NCBI GenBank assembly: GCA_021324755.1 | Contig: JAJPIL010000001.1 | Location: 152-64,151, forward strand | Reading direction: 5' to 3' | Source: Pseudomonadota bacterium | GTDB lineage: Bacteria; Desulfobacterota; Binatia; Binatales; Binataceae | Length of the DNA stretch: 64,000 nucleotides | Shown here: piece after piece, positions 1 to 9,245 of the stretch | How the letters are laid out: every line of letters starts with the position of its first letter | Position numbering within the stretch: the stretch's first letter is position 1 | Made by a program: the position numbers and the translations under genes | The notes under the pieces: model-generated | What the model saw: the letters and a program-made list of their open reading frames with translations, nothing else | Database searches by the model: none | Told to the model about the DNA's origin: nothing

Positions 1-174
1 TGTGCCTTACCCTCTGCCGGCCGTTCTGCGCGTCCAAGCCTCGACCCCTGGACAGTTGCGGACAAAAAGCGAGGAAAATCAAGGCTTTTTCGCCGTTCCC
101 ACGAAGGCGCACCTGAGCCGCGAAACCGGCCGTGTAGACGCTAGGGGCTTTGAACTAAGGAGGCGAAAGGCGTC

Positions 175-609
175 ATGGCAACCGAGCGAAAGTTGGCCGA
201 TTTTGTACGGAGAACGCGTCGATTTATTTGGCGTAGTTTCTGCTGGTACATGGGTTTCAACGGACTTGCGGAACTGGGCATAATCGCTTGCTCCTACGCT
301 GGATTCCCCAATACGGATTTTCAAAACTGCCTGCCCGTGTACGTTTTGAGCCTAGTGCTGACCGCGATTGCGAATGTGCCGACCGCGCTCGTACTCGCCT
401 TCGCCCAGATCGCCGCAGGGTTTTATCTCGGCTGGTGTTCGATGAATGACCTGTTCTGGAAAGAAATCGGTTGGTACGCGAGGGCTGGTGTCGTAATTAA
501 GCTGGCCTTTATGGCCCTAGCCATTCTTGTCAATAACGCTGATTTCCCCGCTTGGACGGCATATAAGCTTGCCATGCATGCATGTTCCAATTTCGGCGAC
601 AACCCTTAA
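175..609 (+). CDS. hypothetical membrane protein
   Basis: 144-aa ORF, AAGGAGG upstream of ATG, 3-4 hydrophobic segments; no family recognised. Confidence 0.55.
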   Translation: MATERKLADFVRRTRRFIWRSFCWYMGFNGLAELGIIACSYAGFPNTDFQNCLPVYVLSLVLTAIANVPTALVLAFAQIAAGFYLGWCSMNDLFWKEIGWYARAGVVIKLAFMALAILVNNADFPAWTAYKLAMHACSNFGDNP

Positions 610-836
610 TTTGGTAAGATTCGCCTGGATAAAGGGTTCGTAGGAGGACCCGTTATCGTCACTGCCACCCGCACGGGGGGCGGCGCCTCCATTTACCGTG
701 TAAAACCTCGCGCTCGGCCACCGGCTCAAGTCGCACGTTGCATATCGCACAGGTGATTAGGCTACGTTCGCCGTCAGGGACGGCCCACCGATGACTACGC
801 CATTGCGGTGTATTCGGCACTCGAGACTTTTCCTCG

Positions 837-1865
837 TTAGGGCACCAGCCCTTGTTTGGCTAGGTCCTCCACCGTCTTTGCTACAGCGATCCACAGCAGC
901 ATGCATGCAATGCCGAATACCATGCAGTCCACTGGGTTCCTCGGAAGCTCGCCTAATTCCTCGAACCATTCCCTAGCCCAAGTCAACGCGGGCCACTTGC
1001 TCCGGCTGCGCAGGTCTTCCCCACCCAAACGCGCGATATCCTGCATGGCTGTGCGGAGAGCTTCCAGCTTCGCCAGGGCTTCAGGCGTCGGCTTGTCGCT
1101 CGGGTAAATCAGTCGCTCATATTCTTTCACCAGTTCAGCGTATCGCGCGTCCTCCTGTTCCTTTTTGAGCAAGACCATGAGAACCGTCGCCTCCCGATAC
1201 AGGCGCCACTTGCGTTGATACTTTGGCCAGAACGACGCAGACAGGGCGTTCTCAGGCAAGGGCGAAAAATCATCCCTTGCGACCCAGCGCTCCACGAGGG
1301 ACCGCGCTATTTGACTCGGCGCACTCCGCTGAGTACGGACCCCGAGGATTTCCCTCGAGCTCACTAGCTGTTCTCCAGCCGCTCTCACCAGCGCCTCGAA
1401 GTTCAACGTCTTGAGCTTCGTTCTGACGGCGTGGACGACTTGCTGCACCACAACGGGGTTTGAAGGACTGCCCATCAGCTCTGCCACCTTGCGCGCAAGC
1501 GCGTCAATCATACCGTTTCCCGTGTACAATTCGTTTTTGTCTTCGTCACTTAGGCTTGGGCATTTTTGGTACTCCGCCTCGGTATTGTTCAGGTTTTCAA
1601 GAAACTCTTGCTCAATTTTAGATTTGAGGTCCTCGGGCCAATGGTCAAAGAGTCCGGCTACGAAGCACTTCGCAACGAGCGGGCGTAATTTACTCTGGAG
1701 TTCGCGTTCGCCTACGTCCCCGAAGATTGAAAACGCGAACCTGCTAATGAGGTCCATAAAAAAGTAAACAAACTCGGCACAAACGTGTACCCAAACCTCT
1801 GGACGTTGCTCTGGCTTAATTTCGTCTTTCAGAATTTCGGCGCAGTCGAAGGTGGCCATGCCCAC
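837..1865 (-). CDS. hypothetical protein (helical, no recognised family)
   Basis: 342-aa ORF with natural amino-acid composition; start may be GTG 1865 or ATG 1859. Confidence 0.65.
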   Translation of the reverse strand: MGMATFDCAEILKDEIKPEQRPEVWVHVCAEFVYFFMDLISRFAFSIFGDVGERELQSKLRPLVAKCFVAGLFDHWPEDLKSKIEQEFLENLNNTEAEYQKCPSLSDEDKNELYTGNGMIDALARKVAELMGSPSNPVVVQQVVHAVRTKLKTLNFEALVRAAGEQLVSSREILGVRTQRSAPSQIARSLVERWVARDDFSPLPENALSASFWPKYQRKWRLYREATVLMVLLKKEQEDARYAELVKEYERLIYPSDKPTPEALAKLEALRTAMQDIARLGGEDLRSRSKWPALTWAREWFEELGELPRNPVDCMVFGIACMLLWIAVAKTVEDLAKQGLVP

Positions 1866-1960
1866 GGCCGCGCAAAGCTCGAACAGTGGTCTTGTCTGCT
1901 TTTCGATCGAGCGAGCAATCGGCTTGGCCTGCCATTGACGCCAAATCTTTTTAAATCAGG

Positions 1961-2242
1961 TCATCGGCAAATCCTCGGGCGCAATTTAAACAGGCCAATC
2001 TCCCTCAGGACGCCTTGAAGGATGTTCTCATCCACCTCTTCTTCGAGATGGAAGTCGAAGAATCCGTCGGCGACAGGCTCATCGAGGTGCGCTCGCAGCC
2101 ACTCGGGCGACCTCTTGCGCAATACGATCCTGCTGAACGCCTTGCGCTGACGCCCGTTGACCAGCAGGTTCCCTGCGTCCTTCGGGATATATCCCTCGGA
2201 CTCGACCGTTTTCAGATTCTCGTCGAGGTAGGACTTCTGCAT
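1961..2242 (-). CDS. small hypothetical protein
   Basis: 93-aa ORF preceded by strong SD (AAAGGAG); co-oriented with 837..1865. Confidence 0.6.
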   Translation of the reverse strand: MQKSYLDENLKTVESEGYIPKDAGNLLVNGRQRKAFSRIVLRKRSPEWLRAHLDEPVADGFFDFHLEEEVDENILQGVLREIGLFKLRPRICR

Positions 2243-2870
2243 GTGACTTCTCCTTTCATTTGAAATTCTGGTTTCGTCTAGGCTTATGTTTCTCCCGACT
2301 CATCCGCAGATGAGAGGGGCCGAAGCAATGGCACTCACCATGAGGAAGGTCGCATTCGTTCTAGATCGGGCATGCAGCAAGAATTCATCGTTGCGCCATG
2401 CTCTTTACGGTCAAAGGAAGTATAGCCCTTGTCTATCCCAAACGCTATGGCTTCATTACTGATTTTGTCCAAGGCACAGCGCGCTTACGTCTGGTGGAAG
2501 TTAGCGAGAACCTTAGCGCCTGGTCTCGGTCTTCCTCGTCGTATCGACCACCACCTATCGATAGGCGGCGCACTGAGCTTAAAGCCTACTTCGCCCGACC
2601 GCCAGCGGGTTTGAGCCGCCCCGATCCCCATCCAAGCCCACCCACCCGCCGGCCACATCCCGCTCCCCTCCCTTCTCCGCCAACGCACTTCGAGTCCGCC
2701 CGGATGGCCCGGGGCTGGGGGATTCGCGCCGAGCGCACTTGCCCGCTTCGTCGCTCAGAACTTTTACTGTGACTTTCGGCTTCTTCGTTCCGGTCCTACG
2801 ACGCTTTATTGCTCAGGTAGGAGCGAAGCGCGGTTTCGGCCTTTTAATCGAGACGCGCGCAGGGATGGAG

Positions 2871-3215
2871 CTATAACCCGAGCAACGGCCGAAGCTTGGC
2901 CGTCACTTCCGCGATCACCTCGGGCGGCGCTTTGGCGGCGAATTGGGCGCGGCGGGCGGCCCAATCGACGCTCTTTACGTGGTCGGCCAGGACCACGCCG
3001 GAAACCGTAAGCCCTTCGGGCACGGCGACCTCGAACGGATAGCCTTTGACCTGGGTCGTTATCGGGCAGACCAGCGCCAATCTAGCCCGCCGATTGTACG
3101 GCGCCGGCGAAAGCACAAGTGCCGGCCGGCGACCCGCCTGCTCGTGGCCGGCCTGCGGATCGAAGCTAAGCCACACAAGGTCGCCCCGCTCGGGCACGTA
3201 GCGGCTCCGGCTCAC
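2871..3215 (-). CDS. mazF: MazF/PemK-family endoribonuclease toxin
   Basis: YVPERGDLVWLSFDPQAGHEQAGRRPALVLSP...CPITT..KGYPFEV signature; start moved to GTG 3215, which overlaps the antitoxin stop (GTGA). Confidence 0.92.
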   Translation of the reverse strand: MSRSRYVPERGDLVWLSFDPQAGHEQAGRRPALVLSPAPYNRRARLALVCPITTQVKGYPFEVAVPEGLTVSGVVLADHVKSVDWAARRAQFAAKAPPEVIAEVTAKLRPLLGL

Positions 3216-3451
3216 CAGCTCTCTCTGCCCACCGGCCTGCCCCAATCGGTCTCCCCGTGGCGATTTTTAGGCGTGATCCCAGCGACGAGCTCTTCGAGCG
3301 TGTATTGCGGGCGCACCGGCTCCAGCACCAGCTTGCGGCCCGACACCTTCACCTCGACGGTCGCGCCTTCGCACAGGCCCAGCTCTTCGGCATAGGCCTT
3401 CGGAATGCGGACTCCGAGGCTGTTGCCCCACTTCGACACTTGCGTTCTCAT
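3212..3451 (-). CDS. mazE: MazE/AbrB-family antitoxin
   Basis: KWGNSLGVRIP N-terminus, YTLEELVAGIT..N.HGETDWG..VGRE C-terminus; ATG 3451 with AAGGAAGG SD. Confidence 0.92.
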   Translation of the reverse strand: MRTQVSKWGNSLGVRIPKAYAEELGLCEGATVEVKVSGRKLVLEPVRPQYTLEELVAGITPKNRHGETDWGRPVGRESW

Positions 3452-4283
3452 ACCTTCCTTCGCGCCTCGGATATACAAAAGCTATACTCGCTTTGACCGC
3501 AGAGGGCAAGCCGTAACGATCGATTCTCACCGCACGCCCGATCTGCAAGGAATGCGACCTTCCTGCGATTGCCCGCACCCCGCTCATCTGCGGACTAAAT
3601 CGCAGGCAGGCTTGCACCGGAGTTCTCGGCGCTAGCGCGCTTAAGTATACGCGCTTTGCCGCACAAGCCGCCGCTTCGGCTGTTTCCGCAATTACGTCTT
3701 GCGCTAGCAGACGCGATCGATTATCGAAAATAAGCCCGAAAGACCCGTGACCCAACCTACCGCAACAGAACGGAAGCAATATGAACGTTGAGAACAGTAA
3801 CAGCGATTTTTTCCGACACGCTAACGCCGATTAAAACAAAAACCCGTAGAGGCCGAGCTTCAACTGCACAGCAAGGCCAGTGACACGCAGCGCCGATTGT
3901 GTTCGCCCGCCTTGGAGATAGCCGTGTCCTGGCCATTTCGATTGCTATATGTGCAGTTTACTAGGTATGCTACCCACACATCGGTAGCGAGCGTCAGCGC
4001 CGTATCGGCCTCCAGCAGAAACGCGAGCCCATCCAGGCCTGCGGCGAACGGTTCCGCCGACGCCTCCGGTCAGTTCACTGTCCTCTCCGCGACCTGCAGG
4101 GAGCGTTCAGCGGTCACTTATCGGAAGCGTCGTCGACATGTAAGAGGGGGATGACGAAACTTACAGGGCGGGGCTGGGACGGGTCCACTGTGGGTCGCCA
4201 CATGACCTACGCCGTCTCGGACCACGCGAATGCCGCCACTGTCCGATTCGCGATCTTCTGGTGGCCCATCTGGAGGTGAGGAC

Positions 4284-5189
4284 ATGACTATTCCAGACTA
4301 TCAGACCTTTATGCGCCCGTTGCTCGAGCTACTCAGCGACGGCCAAGAACGTTCAAGGCGCGAATGCATCGATGCGCTTGCAGACCGTTTTGGTCTTTCC
4401 AGAGAAGAGCGAGCAAAGCTGCTCCCTAGTGGGCAGCACCGGGTTCTCGATAACCGCGTTGACTGGGCTAAATACCACTTGAAAGAAGCCCATCTTATCG
4501 GGGCGCCCACCCGTGGCCGCTGGCACATAACCCCTTTAGGCCAGCAAGCGCTAAAAGAGCATCCCGGCGAAATCGACGGCGAGTTCCTCAAGCGCTACTC
4601 GGAATTCAGGCAACAAAGCGCGACAAAGTCGAGCGACCGGGAGGCGTCTGCATCGGAACACGCGCACGCTGACCCCGTGGAGCAAATCGAACGCGCATTT
4701 TCAAGTTACCAGGAATCGCTAGTCGATGACCTGCTGGAAAAGATCCGCATGGCAACTCCGGTCTTTTTCGGGCGCTTGGTGATCCGGCTGCTTGTTGCGA
4801 TGGGTTACGGAGGCGGACTTAGGGAGGCCGCGGAAGCCGTGAACGAGAGCGGCGACGAAGGAATCGACGGCATCATCAACCAGGACAAGCTAGGCTTGGA
4901 CACCATCTATATTCAAGCCAAGCAATGGACCAAACCGGTGGGGCGTCCTGAGATTCAGAAGTTCGTCGGTGCGTTGGAGGGGAAAAAATGCAAGAAGGGG
5001 ATTTTCATAACAAGTTCGGAGTTCACCAGAGATGCACAAGATTTCGTCACTCACCTGCAATCGCGGGTGGTCCTGATCGATGGGAGAAAGATGGCACGCC
5101 ATATGATTGGACACAACGTAGGTGTAACGACCAAGTTTGTTTACGAACTGAAGTCAATAGATGAGGATTTTTTCGAAGATGAAACCTGA
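4284..5189 (+). CDS. mrr: Mrr type IV restriction endonuclease
   Basis: MTIPDYQTFMRPLL Mrr N-terminal wHTH; GDEGIDG...IYIQAK catalytic motif; ATG 4284 after GGAGG. Confidence 0.93.
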   Translation: MTIPDYQTFMRPLLELLSDGQERSRRECIDALADRFGLSREERAKLLPSGQHRVLDNRVDWAKYHLKEAHLIGAPTRGRWHITPLGQQALKEHPGEIDGEFLKRYSEFRQQSATKSSDREASASEHAHADPVEQIERAFSSYQESLVDDLLEKIRMATPVFFGRLVIRLLVAMGYGGGLREAAEAVNESGDEGIDGIINQDKLGLDTIYIQAKQWTKPVGRPEIQKFVGALEGKKCKKGIFITSSEFTRDAQDFVTHLQSRVVLIDGRKMARHMIGHNVGVTTKFVYELKSIDEDFFEDET

Positions 5190-5449
5190 ACGCGTCGTTA
5201 TGCAGGGTGAAAGAACGTGATAAATGAAACCGCCACCGGTCAAGTCCTGAATCTCCTGGAGTGCCCCCTGTAGGTTTGGCGTTGCTCCCCGTTCAGCGTT
5301 CGACGCTCACCACCTTCTCTTCCTTTGCCGGGGCAGTATTTTTAAGCGTCGTGCTGCCGACGGTGATTCGACGCAGGAGGGGATTGAAGCGGGCGCTGGA
5401 CTTAACTTAGCCGATCGAAGAAAATTCCCCTCCCAGGAGGTCGCCCGCG

Positions 5450-6601
5450 ATGGCTTCGGAACTCGACCAGCTGTGGCTCGACGGCTCATCTCGTATCCTT
5501 AAGCGATGCGAGATGAGCGCAAGCGAACTCGATTCGGGCTTTCCCCATTTCGCCGACCCCGAGACCGGCGCCTGGACGCTCTCGCCCCAGGGCGACTGGA
5601 CCGGCGGCTATTTCTGCGCGATCCTCTGGCTCGACGCCCATCTCACGGGCTCGGACAACGTGCGCGCGCTCGCCCGCCGTTTTTGCGCCGCGCTCGGCCC
5701 GCGAATCGACTCGCGCACCGTCTTTCGCGCCTTCCTCTTCTACTACGGCGCCGCGCTAGGGGCGATCGTATGCGGCGATGCGCTTGCGCGCGAGCTTGCC
5801 CTCGACGGAGCACGCGCGCTCGCCACGACCTACAACGCGCGCGCCCGATGCTTCGGGCTCGGCGAGCAGGCCGAAGAGGCGAGCGACGTCGGCAATTGCG
5901 AAACCAGTATCGACGCCGTGGGCCCGCTCTGCGCCCTTCTCGCCTGGGCCGGCGCGCAGAGCGGTGACGAGCGGATGGGCGCGATCGCCCGCGAGCACGC
6001 GCTTACCCATATCGAGTTCTGCCTGCGCCCCGACGGCTCGGTATGCCAATCGGCGACCTTCGACGAAAACACCGGCCGCTTGATCCGCCGCTACACCCAT
6101 AAAGGCTTCGCCGAGAACAGCACGTGGGCGCGCGCCCAGGCGTGGGGAATGCTCGGCTACACGTTCGCCGCGCGATGCTTTCCGCAAGAGCCGCGCCTGC
6201 TCGAGGCCGCCTACCAGACCGCCGATTGGTGGCTTGCGCACGCGCCGTCAGATCTGGTCGCCTTCTGGGACTTCGACCATCCCGCGATCCCCGATACCTA
6301 CCGCGACACCTCGGCCACGGCGATCGCCGCCGCCGCGCTCCTAAAGCTCTCGGCGCTTACGCCCGAAGCCGAGCGCGCCCGCCGCTACCGCGCCTTTGCC
6401 GAGCGCGTCGCGGCCACCCTTGTGCGCAACTACCTGACGCCCGTCTCGCCCACCGACCGCCGCCCGCCCGGAATCCTGACCGAAGGATGCTACAACGCGC
6501 GCATCGGCCTTGCCGTCAAAAACGAACTCATCTGGGGAACGTACTACCTGCTCGAGTCGACGCTCGCCCTCTCTGGAAGAATCGATCCGCTGGCGCTGTA
6601 A
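5450..6601 (+). CDS. glycoside hydrolase family 88 (unsaturated glucuronyl hydrolase-like)
   Basis: DWTGG, THKG...STWARAQAWG, WDF, DTSATAIAA, WGTYY motifs typical of GH88; AGGAGG SD. Confidence 0.85.
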   Translation: MASELDQLWLDGSSRILKRCEMSASELDSGFPHFADPETGAWTLSPQGDWTGGYFCAILWLDAHLTGSDNVRALARRFCAALGPRIDSRTVFRAFLFYYGAALGAIVCGDALARELALDGARALATTYNARARCFGLGEQAEEASDVGNCETSIDAVGPLCALLAWAGAQSGDERMGAIAREHALTHIEFCLRPDGSVCQSATFDENTGRLIRRYTHKGFAENSTWARAQAWGMLGYTFAARCFPQEPRLLEAAYQTADWWLAHAPSDLVAFWDFDHPAIPDTYRDTSATAIAAAALLKLSALTPEAERARRYRAFAERVAATLVRNYLTPVSPTDRRPPGILTEGCYNARIGLAVKNELIWGTYYLLESTLALSGRIDPLAL

Positions 6602-6720
6602 AAGCGCCGGCGACGCTTCTTCGCTTCGCCGTCTAGAAGCCCGATCCAGCCGCCCCAGGGCGCGCAAATCCCACGCGCCAAAGCGTTTGCGAAGCGACCG
6701 CGCGGCCGTAAATCAAACAC

Positions 6721-7003
6721 GCCTTTATCGCCGCTTGCTTTCTTGAGCAACTCGAGCGAAAAGTTTAAAAGTCGGCCGCTTTTTCGAACAAAAAGTTCGC
6801 AGGCACAGTTGCTTTTCTCGAGCCATAGGTTCGACAGTTCCTAGTCTTCTTCGAGCGAGAAATTTTATCCGTCGCTTCCCTTCTGCGAGCAAAAGCTTTA
6901 CTTGCGGCTTGTTTTTTCTCGGGCGAAACGCTTGTCATCTTCTTTTGCCTTTTCGAGCGGCGACCTTACCTGCCGCTTGCTTTTTTCGAGCGAGAACTTT
7001 AAG
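6721..7003. repeat. degenerate tandem array, 8 units of ~34 bp, each with an imperfect palindromic core TTTTCG-AG-CGAAAA
   Basis: CGAGC/CGAAC/CGGGC cores at 6753, 6785, 6819, 6852, 6886, 6920, 6954, 6987 (spacing 32-34 bp); approximate consensus GCCGCTTGCTTTTTTCGAGCGAAAACTTTA. Confidence 0.75.
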
Positions 7004-7016
7004 AGTTGTTACTCAT

Positions 7017-7769
7017 ATGGAATACACGATCGACGAGCTTTCGCGCAAAAGCGGCCTTTCGGTCGACACGATTCGCTACTACCAGGCGATCGGGCTTTTG
7101 CCGCGCCCGCGCCGCATCGGACGGCGCGCGCTGTACGCCGACTCCCATCTGGAGCGCCTCAAGGAGATTCGTGCCGGCGCACGCGCCGGACTTCCGCTCA
7201 AGGTGATGGCGGCGATGCTCAAGGCGCGCGGCTCGCTCGGGCCCGAGCTCGAGCTTTACGCCGCGCTTAGCAAGCCGCGGGCAAATCCGCGCTTTACCGC
7301 GCGCCAGATCGCGCGCGAGCTCGGCGTGCGCCCCGAGCTAGTGGAGCTCGCCGAGCGGCTCGGGCTCACCTACGGCGAACCGACGTCGGGCGGCCGGATG
7401 CGCTACTCGCGGGCCGATCTGCGCGCCGCGCGCAGCGCCAAAAAAATCTTCTCCTACGGCTTTCCGGTAAGTAAGCTCTTTGCGCTTGCCGTACGCCACG
7501 ACCGCGCCGTAAGGGCCACGGTCGACCAGGCGATCGAGCTTTTCGACCGCTACGTGCGCCGACCCAAAACCACAAACGGCCGCGAAGACCTAGCAGCCGT
7601 GGCGCGCGCCTTCAGCGAGCTCTTCCCAGCCGTAAGCAGCCTTGTCGCCTACCATTTCCAGCGCGTGCTCGTCCAGCGCGCGCTCTCGCGCCTAAAACAA
7701 TCCGCGCCGCAGGCGACCTACCGGCTCGCTCGCAGGACGGCGTACCAGGTCTACGCCTACCAGATTTGA
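7017..7769 (+). CDS. MerR-family transcriptional regulator with a second MerR-like HTH
   Basis: MEYTIDELSRKSGLSVDTIRYYQAIGLL...Y...HLERL; second FTARQIARELGV...LGL...RYSRADL unit; start set at ATG 7017. Confidence 0.85.
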   Translation: MEYTIDELSRKSGLSVDTIRYYQAIGLLPRPRRIGRRALYADSHLERLKEIRAGARAGLPLKVMAAMLKARGSLGPELELYAALSKPRANPRFTARQIARELGVRPELVELAERLGLTYGEPTSGGRMRYSRADLRAARSAKKIFSYGFPVSKLFALAVRHDRAVRATVDQAIELFDRYVRRPKTTNGREDLAAVARAFSELFPAVSSLVAYHFQRVLVQRALSRLKQSAPQATYRLARRTAYQVYAYQI

Positions 7770-7793
7770 ACCCGTAGCCGCCCGATTCCCGAG

Positions 7794-9245
7794 GTGCCAG
7801 CGATGGGCTCGACGATCGATCGTTCGCAGGAAAGCGAAGCTCCCATGTCGGCGCAAAAAGCCTCCCCACGCAAGCTTGCGCGCGAGCTCGTGCGGCTCGA
7901 CACTGCGCCCGACCTGCTTGCGCTTGCGCGCGCTTGCCCGGCAAGCCGTCTTTTTTACTTCGAACATCCGGCACGGAACTTCGCGCTTCTAGGCGTCGAT
8001 TCCGCCCTGCAAATCGCCACGCGCGGCCGCGGACGCCTGCCCGCGCTCTCGCGCACAATTCGTACCGCGCTCGCCGAGCTTGCCGCCGACCGCGCCGAAC
8101 CTCCGCCCGTCGCGGTCGGAGGCTTCGGCTTTTTCGACTTCGAGAGCGAGTCTCCCAGGTGGCGCGATTTTCCGCCGGCCTTGCTTTTCGTGCCCAAGCT
8201 CCTGTGGACGATCGACGGCGGCACGAAAACTTTATCGCTCGTTTTCGACTCGCCCGCCGAGCGTGCCGAGATCTGGGCGATGGCGCAACGCCTGATCGCG
8301 GCGGCAAGCGCTGGCACGATGCCCAAAGCCTTCGCTTCGCCGTCCCCGGAGCGCATCGATTCGGCGGCGCGCCCCGAGCGCGATGCGCTCGCACAGGGTT
8401 TACCGCCCGCTTCCGCGCCCGACTTCATGGGGCACGACCAACAGGAGCAGGAGCGCCTTCGATGGCGGGAGCGTGTCGAACGGGCGCTGGCGAGGCTTTC
8501 TTCGGGCGAGCTTCAAAAGATCGTGCTCTCGCGCGCCAAGACCGCGCGCCTGCCGGCGGGGCTCGACCCTGGGACGATCGTTGCGCGGCTGCGCTCGAAG
8601 CGGCCGCGATGCGCAAGCTTCTGGATGAAGCAGGGCGAAAAAAGCTTTATCGGCTCGACGCCAGAGCTCCTGGTGCGGCTTTGCGCCGGGCGGCTCGAGT
8701 CGGCCGCGATGGCTGGTTCGGCGCCGCGCGCACAGACGCCGGAGCGCGACGCCGAGGCCGCGCGCCGGCTCCTGGTCTCGCCCAAGGAGCTTTTCGAGCA
8801 CAAGCTCGTGGTCGAGGCCGTGCGCGAGGCGCTTGCGCCCGTGGCGCGCACGCTCGAGATTCCCGCTGCGCCCGAGGTCGCCGCGTTTCCCGAGTCGTTC
8901 CATCTGCTGACCCCGATAAGAGGCGAGCTTGCCCGCGCGTGCGACGTGCTCGAGCTCGCCGCGCGCCTCCATCCCACGCCCGCCGTCTGCGGCGTGCCCT
9001 CGCTCGGCGCGCTCGAGATCCTGGCGCGCGAGGAGCCGGAGCGTGGATGGTACGCTGGAGGAATCGGATGGCTTCGAAGCGACGGCGACGGCGAATTCAT
9101 GGTCGCGCTGCGCTCGGCTCTGATCGAACGAGACCTCGTCACGATTTTCGCCGGCGCGGGAATCGTCGCCGGCTCCGACCCGGATGGGGAATTCAGCGAG
9201 ATCGAAAACAAGATGGGGGCGCTTTTGTCGGAGTTGATCCCATGA
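7794..9245 (+). CDS. menF: isochorismate synthase
   Basis: KIVLSR, FIGSTPELL, LHPTPAVCG, RGWYAG, FAGAGIVAGS motifs; first gene of men cluster; start could be 7803 or 7845. Confidence 0.9.
   Translation: MPAMGSTIDRSQESEAPMSAQKASPRKLARELVRLDTAPDLLALARACPASRLFYFEHPARNFALLGVDSALQIATRGRGRLPALSRTIRTALAELAADRAEPPPVAVGGFGFFDFESESPRWRDFPPALLFVPKLLWTIDGGTKTLSLVFDSPAERAEIWAMAQRLIAAASAGTMPKAFASPSPERIDSAARPERDALAQGLPPASAPDFMGHDQQEQERLRWRERVERALARLSSGELQKIVLSRAKTARLPAGLDPGTIVARLRSKRPRCASFWMKQGEKSFIGSTPELLVRLCAGRLESAAMAGSAPRAQTPERDAEAARRLLVSPKELFEHKLVVEAVREALAPVARTLEIPAAPEVAAFPESFHLLTPIRGELARACDVLELAARLHPTPAVCGVPSLGALEILAREEPERGWYAGGIGWLRSDGDGEFMVALRSALIERDLVTIFAGAGIVAGSDPDGEFSEIENKMGALLSELIP

Noticed and set aside
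3500-4280. IS end, att site or tRNA fragment between mazEF and mrr
   Set aside because: No terminal inverted repeats, target duplication, transposase remnant or cloverleaf could be identified
6721-7003. Degenerate CRISPR or TIGR-type array
   Set aside because: The 34-bp period leaves no room for CRISPR spacers, no box C/D-like motifs were seen, and no effector gene is adjacent
7934-9241. 1044-aa ORF suggesting a long N-terminal fusion to MenD
   Set aside because: The extension is an Arg/Ala-rich alternative frame over menF; real menD starts at ATG 9242, coupled to the menF stop
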